NCBI RefSeq assembly: GCF_000143415.4
Contig: NW_003314385.1
Coordinates: 91,296-155,295, forward strand
From: Selaginella moellendorffii
Lineage: Eukaryota > Plantae > Lycopodiophyta
DNA length: 64,000 nucleotides
Reading direction: 5' to 3'
Each line of letters begins with the position of its first letter. Position 1 is the stretch's first letter. The position numbers and the translations under genes were made by a program. Shown here piece by piece: positions 1 through 12,585 of this stretch. The notes below the pieces were generated by a model. The model did no database searches. It had not been told where the DNA came from and saw only the letters and a program-made list of their open reading frames with translations.

Positions 1-673
1 TGCCATTGCTTGTTTTGTGTAACTATTATATGTCAGGGATTCTGGAAGGAACATCTGCAAGGAAAACCTTATCACATCAGGTAAAAATCTTTGGATCAGC
101 TGTTCTTTTTGTTTACTTGCACTGTTGAGTTGCAGTGCGCTCTACGTTGTGGATCTTGATAAATTCCGCCAAACAGCAGCCGGTGACAACCTGCGTGTAT
201 TTTATGAAAATCTAAGCAAAGATCCAAACAGCCTTTCCAATCTCGACCAGGTGAGGTTTGAAGTTGAGTTGTTTTTAATTTTTTTTTCTCACAATTTGAA
301 GCAGGATCTTCCAAATTATGCTCAACATACGGTACCGATATATTCTCTCCCTCAAGAATGGCTGTGGTGTGAGTCTTGGTGTGGAAATGCCACCAAGGGC
401 CGAGCAAAGACAATCGATTTGTGTAACAATCCCATGACCAAGGAGCCCAAACTACAGGTAAAACCGCAAACTTTCTTGTGTTCGTTGGTAAATTCTCATT
501 GTTCTCCACCGCAGGGCGCCAGAAGAATTGTCCAAGAATGGCCGGCCCTTGACGAAGAAGCGCAACTTTTTACCAAAAGGATCCTCGGCAAAGGCAGGGA
601 CGAGGAGAACACAATGCAAGTGCCCAAGGAACCTTCTTCCACAAACGATGCTGACGTGAAAGACGAGTTGTGA
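1..673 (+). CDS. UGGT: UDP-glucose:glycoprotein glucosyltransferase, 3' exons (gene starts before the window)
   Basis: Exons encode [66 protein letters not shown] (GT24 domain) and end in ER-retention KDEL; GT-AG introns. Confidence 0.95.
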
Positions 674-784
674 GCTCTTAGTAGCATACGAACGAACGGT
701 AAACGAGTCAAGAGTTTGATTTATTTTATTGTATTCAAAACGCGTCTGGGACGTGGTTCCATGAATGATTGGTTTATGCGCTTC

Positions 785-2167
785 TCAGAACGGTGTTGGC
801 GTCAATGGCTCCATTCTCGCGAGATAGTCGGACCGAAGCCCAGAGAAATCTGCCGCATCAGTTTGGAATCTCAACATGGCTGTCGGTACCAGATCCGCTT
901 GGTCTAGACTGAAGTCAGAATCGAAGGCAATCGGCTTTGCCACAGCAACTGGATCCACAAGCTTGAACTCAACTTGGTTCTTGAGGGAGGCCTTGACGAA
1001 CTGCACACGACAAATCTATAAGCCAAAGCGGAGATACAAGAGTAGAGACAACCTCGTGGATTGCGGACGTTGGCTCCTTGGGAAGAAACAGGCCCTGCAG
1101 CACCACATTGTCGGGGAAGAGTATGCGAATCACCGACACCTTGTACTTCTGACGTGCTGCAAGTACTTGCTTCTCCCTCAGAGACTTCGGAATGAGCAGC
1201 TGAGAATCTTCCAGTTTCTTTCGTTTGATCGCCGCTTGCTTCTTCACCTCGTCCAGCGACAGCTCGTAGAAGTCGGCCGAAAGCTCTGCACGCGACGCAG
1301 TACCTTCTGCCGAAACATAAAACACTCGCACCTGCCAACACAGTCGTCAGGACAAAATCCAGAGCCTGGACCAAATACCTGTCTGTCAAACGAACTCGCC
1401 TCTTCGGTTGTCCTCGCCGCAAGCTGTGGCTGTGAAGGCTGTGCAAGCTGTGCCTCGAGCGCCGCTACAACTTCCTTGATCACTCGCAAGCGCTCAGCTG
1501 ACGGCTCTTCCATTACGTTCCACAGCTCACCTTGTTCCATGACGGCCTCGAAGCCCAGAAACTCGAGAAACTCGGCACCACCAACGGCCGAGCCAATACT
1601 CTCCTGGATCTTGGGATTTCCCATGCGAACTTTCCTGAACTTGTCCGACGCCGGATCTCTAATGATGTTTGTGAGAAGCCGGACGACAACTTGGACAGCT
1701 CCGTTGGAGGCGCCGCCAGAGAGAAATGTCGCCACGGCTACCTCCATCTTCTCTGTGTCGTCGTGGGTCATTTCCTGAGAGACATTCGGATTGTTGCTGC
1801 TTTTACTGAAGAGACCACCACCACCATCGTTTACGCTTGGATCGGGGAGTAGACGGGACCGTTGGGGCTCTACGCTCACCTCCGCCGATGCCGATTGCCT
1901 TGGAGTCAATGACGGCGTCGTCGGCTTGGGGCTTCTCGACTTGGATTTGTCGGCCTTGAGCTGCTCCGCTTCCCACCTTTGCTGCTGATTTCTCCTCCAT
2001 TCGTCCTGCTGCTGCCGCTGATCGCTACTCTTGGCTGCTATGCGGGGCGACGGCTCTGGCTGCGGCTCGCCCAACCTGTGTCCCTCTCCCTTAAATCTGC
2101 TAGAGGAGCTGAAAGGATTCTTGAGCTTCTTCATCAGCCCCTTGGCCTTGTCCTTGACGTCGTCCAT
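785..2167 (-). CDS. PUX2: Plant UBX-domain protein (PUB + UBX), CDC48 adaptor
   Basis: N-term MDDVKDKAKGLMKK..FKGEGHRLG; PUB domain (NIIRDPASDKFRKVRMGNPKIQE, FLEFLGF); UBX domain (IRILFPDNVVLQGLF, LVPTAMLRF); spliced. Confidence 0.85.
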
Positions 2168-2196
2168 ATTCGCGCATCAACCCTAGATGGACTGCT

Positions 2197-4976
2197 CTAC
2201 CGCCGGGGGTACATCATGACCGTCTGCTTTATAAGGAGCTCCTTTAGCCGCCTTGGGTGTGCCGCATTGGAGACGATGGTTTGTTCCAGCATTTCCCGCA
2301 ACGAGGATAGCGGCAGTGGCGGCGAGGCATTCAAGAGTGTCTTGAAAAACTTGTCCCACACATTCGTGTTCCAATACCTGAGAAAACGAGGGGAAAACGA
2401 GCTTTAGCTACCGTGGGAAGTTGAAGTACCGTTTAAGCGATGCTTTGGGCTTATGGACGCGACCACCGTCCGGGCTTCTCTCCTCTTCGAGCTCCATGTA
2501 GCTTCCATGGAGCATACAGTGCACTATACAGCATAAACCGTAGCCGTCAACCTGCAAAAGCACTTTATGAGCATCGAGTAAGAAAGCATTGTCACTCACC
2601 TGATAAGTCCATGGCCTTTCTTCCACCATCTCAATGCATCTAAAGGCCGATGTTTTGCTGTCTGCAAAAAACTCGGTCCCTTCTGGAAAGAGTCTCATAT
2701 CTATGCTTCTTCCCCAGTCGATTAAACATAGTCCCTGCAACGCGAGACATAAGCCTCGAGGGACAGAAACTAAGAGATATCTTTTACCTGACCCTTCCAG
2801 CAACCGGGCCTGTTCGGCGCCCAGTTTTCCCAGTTGTCACTGAAACATAATATGCAAGGGCGTAACAAGGCAGAAAAACTTCCAGAATTACCTGTCGTTT
2901 CGAATAAGTAGATTGTCGGGCTTAAAATCAGCGTGAATGATGCCAACTCCGTGCAACACCTCAAGCATGCGCAGCATCTCGATCGTGTAATACATGCAGA
3001 GGAGCTCGTCCATTTTCAGCGAATGCGCTAGATACGCGTTCACAACGTCCTGGATGCAGTAAGTCATGAGATACTAACAATCAAGTGAAGAAACCCCACA
3101 TCACCTGTAAGGTTCCATGCTGGCCATAGCCAGCAACCAAGATGCTGCAATCGGAAAATACATACATTTTCCGGGCACTGCCAAAGCTGTCTCTCTGCAG
3201 CAATGTACATCATATTAGTTACACAAAAGCTTGGCCAATCTACGTAACCTCTTCAACTGGGATCCTCTTGTCCAGCTGATAATATATGTAGAACTCCCAC
3301 GGACACGGCGGCTTTTGGATCTACATATCATGTTTGAGACTCAACTGAAAAACTCCAAGGGGCGCTTCTCACCTTCAGTACAACTGGTGATTCATTGTTG
3401 CTGTTTTCGTGGGCCTGGTAAACTTGAGCAAAAGCACCTTGTCCTGTACATCCTTTTAGGAAATAAGTCGAGTTTCCTGTCACACAGAAAGGAAAATCTT
3501 GGTAACCAGCGCAACAAACAGAACCGTACCTAGTTCGACAGTCTTATTGCGTGCGTTCGCTTTGAGAGATGACAATGAGACGCCTCCGCTATATTTTTTG
3601 CTGCTGCAATGGAATCCCTACAGGCAGGCAACTCTAAGTTCATATAGAGATTATCACCAAAGACCATACCTTGTAAGTTTGCAAGGGTGGCGCCAGTTTC
3701 TTCAGCAAGTCCGCAACCAAGGTCTCGTCCCAAGGATCTACGAATTCGCTCTTGCGGTCTCGCCGGTCGTCGCAGAAAGCATCGTCAACGAATATATTGA
3801 AGTCCATCTTTCCGGCTCCCAGGCTTGGTTTGTCCTGTCCCTGTGGCTTCTTTGCCTGTTCCGAAGGAGCTTCATCTACAAAGACATTTAGCTCCATTGC
3901 TCCTGGTAGCTCACGTCGTTGAGATGAAGGTGCTTTAGGCTGCTTCACTTGATCCAATGGCAAGGGCTGGTTGAACAAGGAAAGAACGTTGACAAGAGCT
4001 TCTCTGGTGTTGATTGTCGGCTCAACCAGACCAATGTGAGTCTCCGCGTTTGCTGCCTCTGGATCAACTCCCAGAACGATAGCTTCCTCCGCGTACTTTT
4101 TGATAGCGATTGTCTCATCTCCATGAGGCCGTGCAATATTGGACATGGGATTAACAGCGGCTACGGAGCTTCCTTTCACTTCGGAAGGCCTGCTCGTCTT
4201 GAACTTGCGCTTCAAAAAGCTCGCGTGCATTTTCTCCAGTTGCTCCACCGGTTGAGCGTGTCTGGGAGGATGGAGATAAGTACAAAGAGAAAACAGCCAG
4301 TGAAAATGGCAGACATACCTCGAGATACCGAGCTCATAAATCTGGTTTGCCTTGGTTATGTCTCCTCGTAGCTCGAGGATCATCGCGTAAGCTTCGTAAA
4401 AGAGAGAATGAGTCTGGCCAATACGCTTCGCCTCTAAGAGCTCAAAGATGTGAAGTGGATCCGCGCAGCAGTCTGCCTGAAGCGGTTGCAAAGAAGGAAA
4501 ATAAGAATACAGAAGCACCAAGCAGAGGAGGAGACTTACGTAGCGCAACCAGATGCGCAGGTACCTCAGGTCCTCCCGGTATCGGGGATCGTCCAGAAAA
4601 GCTTTGGTGCAAAACTCGAGCAATGGACAGAGTTCTCCTCGGACTCCCGGGGCGGAGGAGGAGGTGATGATGCTTTTGGCCCACTTGACACATCTGGGAG
4701 GGAAAATCTCGAGTGAGTGAGAGCGAGCGAGGGAAATGCAGGACGAGCACACTTACGCAACCCATGGCTTGAGCGGATCGCTGCCGGCGTAGCTCTGAAT
4801 GGCGTCAAGAAAGTACCTGGACAAGCAAAGAGAGCACAGATCTGGATGGATGAACGTCTGCTGGAGCTCGATTACCTGCGCTGGGACTGGATGGCATCGC
4901 TGGATCCGTTGCTCTTGAGCAAGTCCTGGAGATTGGGCGGGAGATTCTCCTTACCCTTGTGCTGCGCCAATGCCAT
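2197..4976 (-). CDS. BUB1: Spindle checkpoint kinase BUB1/MadBub (KEN, TPR, CD1, ABBA-like motifs, kinase)
   Basis: Spliced exons: KGKENLPP, DPLKPW..RYREDLRYLRIWLRY (Mad3/Bub1 TPR), EPTINTREALVNVLSLF, GQGAFAQVY..VVLK, KPPCPWEFYIY, HADFKPDN, IDWGRSIDM, last exon RYWNTNVWDKFFKTLLN...YPRR*. Confidence 0.9.
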
Positions 4977-5047
4977 GGGCGGGAGCACAAGAACCCTAGC
5001 GAGAATTTGAAAGCTAGGGTTCTTGAGTGTGCCCAGCGCCAGTGAAA

Positions 5048-7272
5048 ATGGCTGCTCGCAACCTGGCGTGTGACCTCATCAACGACCAATTCGGGGAGCT
5101 TGTCCAGGTAACGCCATCGCCATCGCCATCGCCATCGCTCGCAGCGTAGCTCACCATTGCTCTCTGGGTGGATGACGCTAGAAAGTATGCGACTGCCTTG
5201 TGCAGCGTGGAAGCCTGTTGCTGTCCGAGATTGCGCGCTTCACTGGCATCGACGTCGCGCCGCTGGGCGACTGCCTGAAGCAGCTCATCCAGCACAACTG
5301 CGTGCAAGCCTTTAGAGCATCGGTGGAGCAAGAACACGATGGCCTGGGTGAGTGCGTGACTTCTTCTTCGACTTCGCTTAGTTGTTTTTCTTTGCTTGTC
5401 TAGGCGCTGGAGGGAGGCCAGCACCAAAGCCCAACACCTTCTACATGCTCATACTGGACAACGTCCTCCACCGGATGCGCTTCCCAAAGTTTATGACGCT
5501 CGTCCGCGACGACATTGGCAGCGAGGCGCAAGGCTTGCTCGGCGCCTTACTGCAGCACGGCCGACTGACGCTCGACCAGCTGCTCAAACGCGCAGCGGAA
5601 TGCGCTCAACCAGGTAGAACTCTCTCGCGCTCTTCTATTCTCACGCCTCCATTGCCAGGTGACGTTGAGGTCGAAATGAGCGTGAAGAAAGCATTCGTGG
5701 AGCTTGTCGAGGCGCATTTCATTGAGCGCTGCCCGTTGCCAGAGCCAACGTTGCCTCTGGCGGAGGAAGAACAGCCCAACAAGGTACCTGTGCTTGTTTG
5801 CCTACAACTACAAACAAAAGCTTTTCATTCCTTGCCAAACGAAGCGAGCCAGGATGACGGCTCAGACGCGGGAGCGGCGTGTACTCGATGCGGCGGCACA
5901 GTCGGACGCCCTCAGGTTTCGGTTGCCAGCATCGTTGCAACTACAATCCGGGGACTTGGTCACGCTAGATGATTCTCTTATCACGGGTCACAAGGTATCG
6001 CTCATTCACTTTTGTTATACTGAACCTTGACTGAGGATCACTTGGAACCAGCGCAAGGAAATGGATACGACCCTCCTTGACGACAAAGATGTTATTTGGC
6101 GAGTCAACTACGAGGAGTTCATACGTCGCCTACGGCATCAGGTAAGTAGGAGTAGTGCTCCCAGCTACCATCGTACGTAATCGTTTTATTTCCAGGCCTG
6201 CGTGAGGCTGGTGAGCTCCAAGTGTGACCTTGGGTGTGGAACTGTTTTGGCGTGCATTCTCGACAGAAGCCGCAAGGCAGAGCGGAGCGTCAGACAAAGG
6301 CTGTCCAGTAAGCTTTTAGCTCGATGCTTCGCAACTAGCTTACGTTTCGCTGTCAGGCCCTCTTGAAATGGAAGCGATTGTCGAGGCCGTGAGAAAGACA
6401 GAGGAGGGACGATGCATGCCCTTGGAAAGGATACGCTGCGCTCTTTTGCAGATGACGGCTGATGGTTTTGTCGTTGATCGAGCTGGTGAAGCGAGTGAAC
6501 AGTATGCTATCAGTTCGTATTTCCGCCATTTTATTCTAGTCGTGCTCTTATGCCGCTCGGCATGTTTCCAGATATGCGAAAAATCTTAGATGTTGCGAGG
6601 CAGGCTGAAGTAAGTGAAGGAGATATCGTTATTCTCACATCTCATCTGCTCTGGCTACTTTGACAGATCGAAGGCATTGTGCTACAAAGATTTGGACGGA
6701 AGTGCTGCAGAATCTTTCGGCTCCTGTCAACAAAAGGCCGCCTGGATCACAAGCAGGTGTGCAAGTTTGAACGCTCGACTGTTTTAACGAATTTGTTGTG
6801 CATGTAAAGATCTCCGACAAGTCGCTCGTACCTTCAAAGGAGGCATGGGAACTGCTGTCGAAACTTGTCAAGGAGCACTTCATCGAGCTAGAGGCATGGC
6901 ACTCTTGATTTTGTAACTCAATGCTAGCGTTTGACCTCGTTTCCTAACAGGAGGATGATCCAAAGCCTATCTCGTGGCGCGTCAATCTCGAAATAGTGGC
7001 ATGGAACGTGCTCAACCAAATGCATAATGCAGCATGGAGTCTGGGCCGTCGCCTCTCCCAGGAGCTTGAACAGCAGGAGCAGGAGCAAGATCAAGTAAGT
7101 AGTATGGTTGCTTGCTCGTGAGACTTATGGATTAGATGTGTGTGATCCACCACAGGCTGGCGCGAGTGTTCCTCTTGACGAGGCGAGCAGCAGACGAAGA
7201 AACATCGCCAAGGTGCTCGAGGCATCTGCGACAAGGCTAGACGACGCAATCATGCTGTTCCACGACTTTTAA
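5048..7272 (+). CDS. RPC3: RNA polymerase III subunit RPC3 (C82/RPC62)
   Basis: MAARNLACDLINDQFGELVQ|KVCDCLVQRG..LIQHNCVQAF, RMRFPKF, LLQHGRL, FVELVEAHFIERCP, IWRVNYEEF, C-term LDDAIMLFHDF*. Confidence 0.88.
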
Positions 7273-7357
7273 AGGCTTCAAAAAATTTCGTCTGCCAAGA
7301 ACTCGTCGTACAAGCTCTCCGTCAAAAGGATTGCCCCTCCAGTCGAGAACCAATCTA

Positions 7358-10300
7358 CTACTGCACCTTCTTATCGACGTTACTGCTCGCCTTGCTCCGT
7401 GTAAGTGGTCGCCTTCCGGGGAAGAGAGCCCGTAGAAGCCTCTCCCAAACAAAGCAGCCAAGCGACATCATCCCCGCCCACAGCAGCAGCTTCCACCCAA
7501 GCGGCTTTGGCAGTGGAACCAGCCTGAGCCAGTCATTCAGGTCCCTCAGCAGGTCGGAGCTGATGGTTGTGAAGAACAGAGCTGCGGCTGTTAAGGCGTA
7601 GAAGAACGGCTTGTTCTCTCGGATACTCTGGTTGAACGGGTGGCCGATGTAGTTCACCGCAAACGTAGCCACTTGAATCATCATGTTGGCCATGTACGAG
7701 ACCGTGTTCACCAGGTTGGGGGTGAAGTCCGAGTCCGGCTCCACGCACTCCTCGGGCATATACGACTCGGCAGCCCGGACGACGGAAACCAGGAAGCAGA
7801 GGTGCATCGCAAACTGTCCCAGCATGGATATGATCACGTAGGCGGAGAAGATGTTGGGGTGCGGCCTCTGAGCGGACAGTGTGCTTAAAGGTCGTGCGTT
7901 CGAGATGAAAAGGAAGAATGCCGCCGTGAAGAGACCACTGATTGTTGCCTGCACGTCGCCAAGCTTCACGCCATCCAGGTACATGACACTGAGCACATAG
8001 GCCGTTGACAGGCAATTCAGGCCCAGGATCTTGAACATCTGCAACGTCGTCACCAGAGTGCTCCTGCCTTGACGTATGATATCGGCCGTTGGCTGCACCG
8101 ATGCGTGCTTGGCAGTAAACGCGGACGCCATGGACGCATCACCAAGTCGCACCACGGGAGCGCTTCTACCGTCGTCCGAATTCATCTCGTCCATCATCTG
8201 CTTCAATTTCTGCCTTTGCTGCTCGGCACGACTGGCAGCACTGTTCGGACGACTTGTCTGCGAGGATGTCGGGGCCCTTTGTCTCTTCACTGTCACTATA
8301 GAGGCTGTTGGACAACGAAGAATATAAAGTGCAATGCCTACCGGTAGAGCTGGAGGCCGATGGCGATTTTCCAGGCACTTCTACAGCATTAAGTAGTGCG
8401 ACCCCTACGTGCGCCTTTGAAAAACCCAATCAACGGTAGGAAAGACAGTTTATAAAAGAGATTACAGACCTGTTTCAGAGCACCGACGTCGTTTGTACCA
8501 TCGCCGCACATAAGGGTCGTTCTACCCACATCCTTCAAGGTGATGAGAATGAGCTCCTTGTGATCCGGGGCAACTCTTGCATACACCTGTACTGAAGTAA
8601 CCTCAGGACCGCACAAGAACATGTTTCGACCCTTACCTTTACGAAAGGTAACACTGATTCTAGTGCACCTGTACGCTGGAGCATAGCAAGTCCGTCACCA
8701 GAAACGCACAGGTCATAGTTGTCCGCCAATATCTGGATCTTCTCTACCCTGGAAACAGCTCCCATGTTCGAAAATATAAGAGAAAAGACACAGAGTCTTA
8801 CTCGTAAGCTATCTTCGTTTCCTCGTCAGGCGAAAGCCAATTAAAACCATCCTGCCCGTTTGATGGAGGAGTCAAGATTAAAACTGGCTGAGAGACAATG
8901 TGAACTTGACCAGCAACATGACAAGCCGTAAGAGCTTGATCCCCTGTTATCATCACCTAAGAAACATAAAAAAAAACAGCGTCAGCGTTAGAGCACGAAA
9001 ATCCAACGTTATGTACCAGATCATGAGACGAATCTTTGAGGTCTTTCAGAACGGAGGCCGAATCCTTCCTGAGAGGACAAGCAAAAACCTACGGCCGACG
9101 TTAACTAAAGAGAAAACTTGAAAAACTGCATCATACCGCAAAACCACAAAAAACTAAATCGCTTTCAACGCTCTGCCTTTCTAACGATCGAGCCTCGCCC
9201 ACCTTGTATACAGCACCCGTTAATAGTAACAAAAAACTGCAATTATGTCCATAATCACTTACCGGAATGTCTGGAAGGACTTTGTAAGCTAAAGCTAAAA
9301 CTCGAGCTCCCTGCCGTGTATACGTCTTATATGTGTGGACGTAAGACTCAGGAACGTGAACCAGTCTTTCTTGAATTGTTTCAGGTGCACCCTGGAAGGG
9401 CGAGTCGCCAGATACTTAAAGTGAAAACTAAACACTACCTTTGTGAAGGCCAGAAAGTTCTCATCTATACGCACAACGGTGGACATTCGTTTCAAAGAAG
9501 AAGAAAAGTGATGCCTCTGTATGATTTGAACGGCTGGCACGCTTCCCCTGTCACAAAGGAGCATAAAGTACACGTCTTTACAAGCACGAGCTACCACAGA
9601 CCTGCGGGCAACAGCCTTCTCATCGGCTGTGTAAGACCAATCCACACCTTTCAGAGCAGCCTTCTCAAGAGGATCTCCCACCTGGAGGACACTTTCCACG
9701 TTAAGCACAGTCAACAAGCAAGGTATTACCAGTTTGTTATCCACGAAAACAAGGGCGTGGCAGGCGGCCAAAATCTGCAGAGTACGATCAGGGAGTTTCG
9801 TAGGATCGCTCTCGAGATGAGAGCCTTTCCCCTCCATGTTGCAAACCCCAAGAAATTCCTGTACATCAAACAGTGAGGAGAACTTCCATTTAAACAATAT
9901 GTGTGAATACCATATCATCGCTCGTGAGAGTCCCAGTTTTATCAAAACAACAAGTATCAACCTGGATGCCACACCCCGTCAAAGAAATCAACAAAAGACT
10001 ACAAGCCTACCTTCCCCGCGAAAGGTATTCTAAAAGGTTCAGTGCAATAGATTCCACGTCGTACAAGAGCTATGAGAGAGGTATTCACTGCAATCGAGAG
10101 TTCCATCGGCAACTCCGGCGGTATAACAGAAGTTATTATCATAGAGCAATTCAGGAACAGCTTGAATTTGCTGCGCGTTGGGTGCTCTAGCCCCTGAAAG
10201 TCGCTATGAATAAATAAGAAACTCCAAGCTTGCACAAAGAGAAACTTTACCTGCTTGAGGACATACCCGGCCGCAACCAGAGCAAAGAAGACAAGGAACA

Positions 10301-11973
10301 GAATGAAAAGACCACTCTCCCAATTGTTTGCAGTAACCTGCAGAGCATAGTAGTCACAATGGATCGCAATAAATCACGTGCTCACCCTCTCGGTAGAGAA
10401 AAGTATAGTCCGCATTAGCTTCCCTTGGCTCGTTTCGAAGCCCGTGCGTAGTACGACAGCCAAACAACCACCGTCCGGAGTTTTCAAGTGACTAGCCTGC
10501 AATTTCAAAAGAAGGCGATCCTCAACTCAAGTCGCACACAACTTTGCCTTGCCTTGTCTGGAGTATGCTGAAGTATTTTAGTTCCCCCAAAAAGTACGTG
10601 AGCTTTATCCTTTCGGATTGACAGCTTCTCCTCCATATCGCGGCCTACAATGGAAACCTGTCGATACACTAGTAAACGTACGAGAAGACGAGAATTCCGT
10701 ATGATACCTTCCACTGTGGTGTCGATTCACCCGTCAGAAGAGCTTCATTGGCGATAGCCGTCCCGGCAAGAAGTAGCATATCGGCTGGTACCGTGCGTTC
10801 TTCGCTTGTTTGCCCTGTGGCTCGACCGATTGATACAAGATCTCCCGGTAAAAGATCTACTCCTGAGAGTTTTAACCATCTGCAGGAAAGGCAGCCAATG
10901 ACACAACAGCGGACTTTTAAGTATCAACTTACTTCCCAGTGCGATACACATGAATTGTCTGACTATCCACTCGCACGCGACGCAATTCCGCGAGCGTTTT
11001 CAGGCGGGATTTGACGACAGTGGACTCGAAAAGGATCAACATGAAGAGCGTAAAGATGCTGTAGTACCAGTACTCGTCAAGGCACCATAGGCCTACACAA
11101 AACACCTGGGGAAAGAACATATAAGCCAGGGAACTTTTCGAACGATCAACAAGTACCTGGAAAACGAAGAACGGTTCCATGCAGTGCTCCTTCATTAGCT
11201 TCTGAAACGTAGGTTGAGGGAACTCAAAGCTGCATAAAACGAGGTCAGTGGGGAAATCAATGCCAAGGGCAGGGCGGGGCGCGAGATTTTCCTACACGTT
11301 CCGGCCCCATTTGCCCAAAGCGGCCTTCTCTTTCGCATCCGTTCCATAGCCGCTACTTCTGCTGTACACGCCAAACGTCTCTTTGGACGGATAGAGAAGC
11401 TTGCGAAAGGTATCGTCTGAAAAGATAAACTTTTGCTTGCGAAACTCGAAGCTATGCTCTGGCTGAGACGATATCGAATTCTTGGATCCGACTTCCTGAT
11501 TGACAATGAAGCAATGGTCAGTCCCATGAAATGGATCGAGCGAGCGCATTTCCATACCAGGGTTGTATGCACCAAGGGAACAACTTCTTTGGAGCCGGAG
11601 AACTTGGCAGGAACAACTTTGACGACGTCGGCCTCGCGCACACGATTCACCTGCAAAGAAAGCCACGGGCACGATTCAGCGAGAGGGGAGAGAGAGAGAG
11701 AGAGAGAGTAGCGCGTGGAAGGCAAACCTTAGAAGCGTGCATGAAGCAGCGAAAATCCACCGACCAGGCAGTGAAGAGCACGACGAGAATGTGGAGCAAA
11801 GCCAGGCCGAGCAAGACGATCGCGGCATCCATAAAATCGAGCTGGGGAAGCAGCAGCAATGCCCAGGCAACATAGAGCAGCACAAACGGCCACACATCCA
11901 GCTGCCAGGCGACGCCGCGCCATCTGTAGAGCTCCACGCGCTTGATAGTCTTGGCGTCCACATCCAGCTCCAT
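7358..11973 (-). CDS. PDR2: P5A-type ATPase (Spf1/ATP13A1/PDR2 family)
   Basis: [96 protein letters not shown]. Confidence 0.95.
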
Positions 11974-11991
11974 AGCGCTGCTGCTCACGAT

Positions 11992-12006
11992 AAACCCTAA
12001 CCCTAA
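11992..12006. promoter_or_regulatory. Telo-box (AAACCCTAACCCTAA) just upstream of the P5A ATPase start
   Basis: Exact interstitial telomeric motif; related motifs at ~2179, 4992, 5015 and 19014. Confidence 0.55.
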
Positions 12007-12028
12007 TCCTCTCGGCGGACGAACTAGC

Positions 12029-12241
12029 CTATAAGCCGGCCTCGCTCGAATGCGGCGGTGCCCCTCGTTGCACAGCCTGGACGAGGTATGGCGCCGCGCT
12101 CATCCCCAGGCTGGATGGCTGCGCAGCGCTCACCAGCGATGGCGGGCCCGCGACCTTGGCTACCTTGTGCGCCATTTGAGCAGGATTGGCACCCTCGAGA
12201 GTGTCCACGACCTCGCAGTTCTGTGGGAGCAGCAGTGGGAC

Positions 12242-12276
<35 letters not shown>

Positions 12277-12585
12277 TTTGATACCTGGATGAAGACGAGG
12301 AAGGGCGCCGCAGCATCCACTGGTACTCCAAACTTGTGTGCTATCTCCGCCTGCTCGTCAGCGTTGATCTACAAAGGAGGCACATTCGTTCGGGGCATCA
12401 AAATCGATCACGCAACTCACCCGGAGGAATGTTGCCTGTGGGGTGTCGGCGGAGAGGCGGTTCAGGAGCTCCTCCGCCTCCTCCACGTCCTTGCCTTGGC
12501 GCGGAGAGAAATGCAGCACCACCGCTGAGCCCCGCGCCACGATCGCCTCCAGCTCGCGCAGAGATGTCACGCTGCCCAAGCCCAT
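12029..12585 (-). CDS. Stand-alone thioredoxin-like domain resembling the GRXS17/PICOT N-terminus
   Basis: Three exons: SVTSLRELEAIVARGSAVVLHF..ATFLR | ..EQAEIAHKFGV..APFLVFIQ | VVDTLEGANPAQMAHKVAKVAG..SLGMSAAP, matching the GRXS17 Trx region; stop at 12029 with no Grx domain. Confidence 0.7.
12245..12272. repeat. Intronic (GA)n microsatellite (another at ~11688-11707)
   Basis: Directly visible. Confidence 0.9.

Noticed and set aside
876-1778. 300-aa plus-strand ORF, and similar long antisense ORFs at 17654-18916, 29490-30572 and 32414-33292
   Set aside because: Shadow ORFs opposite GC-rich real genes, with no recognisable domains.
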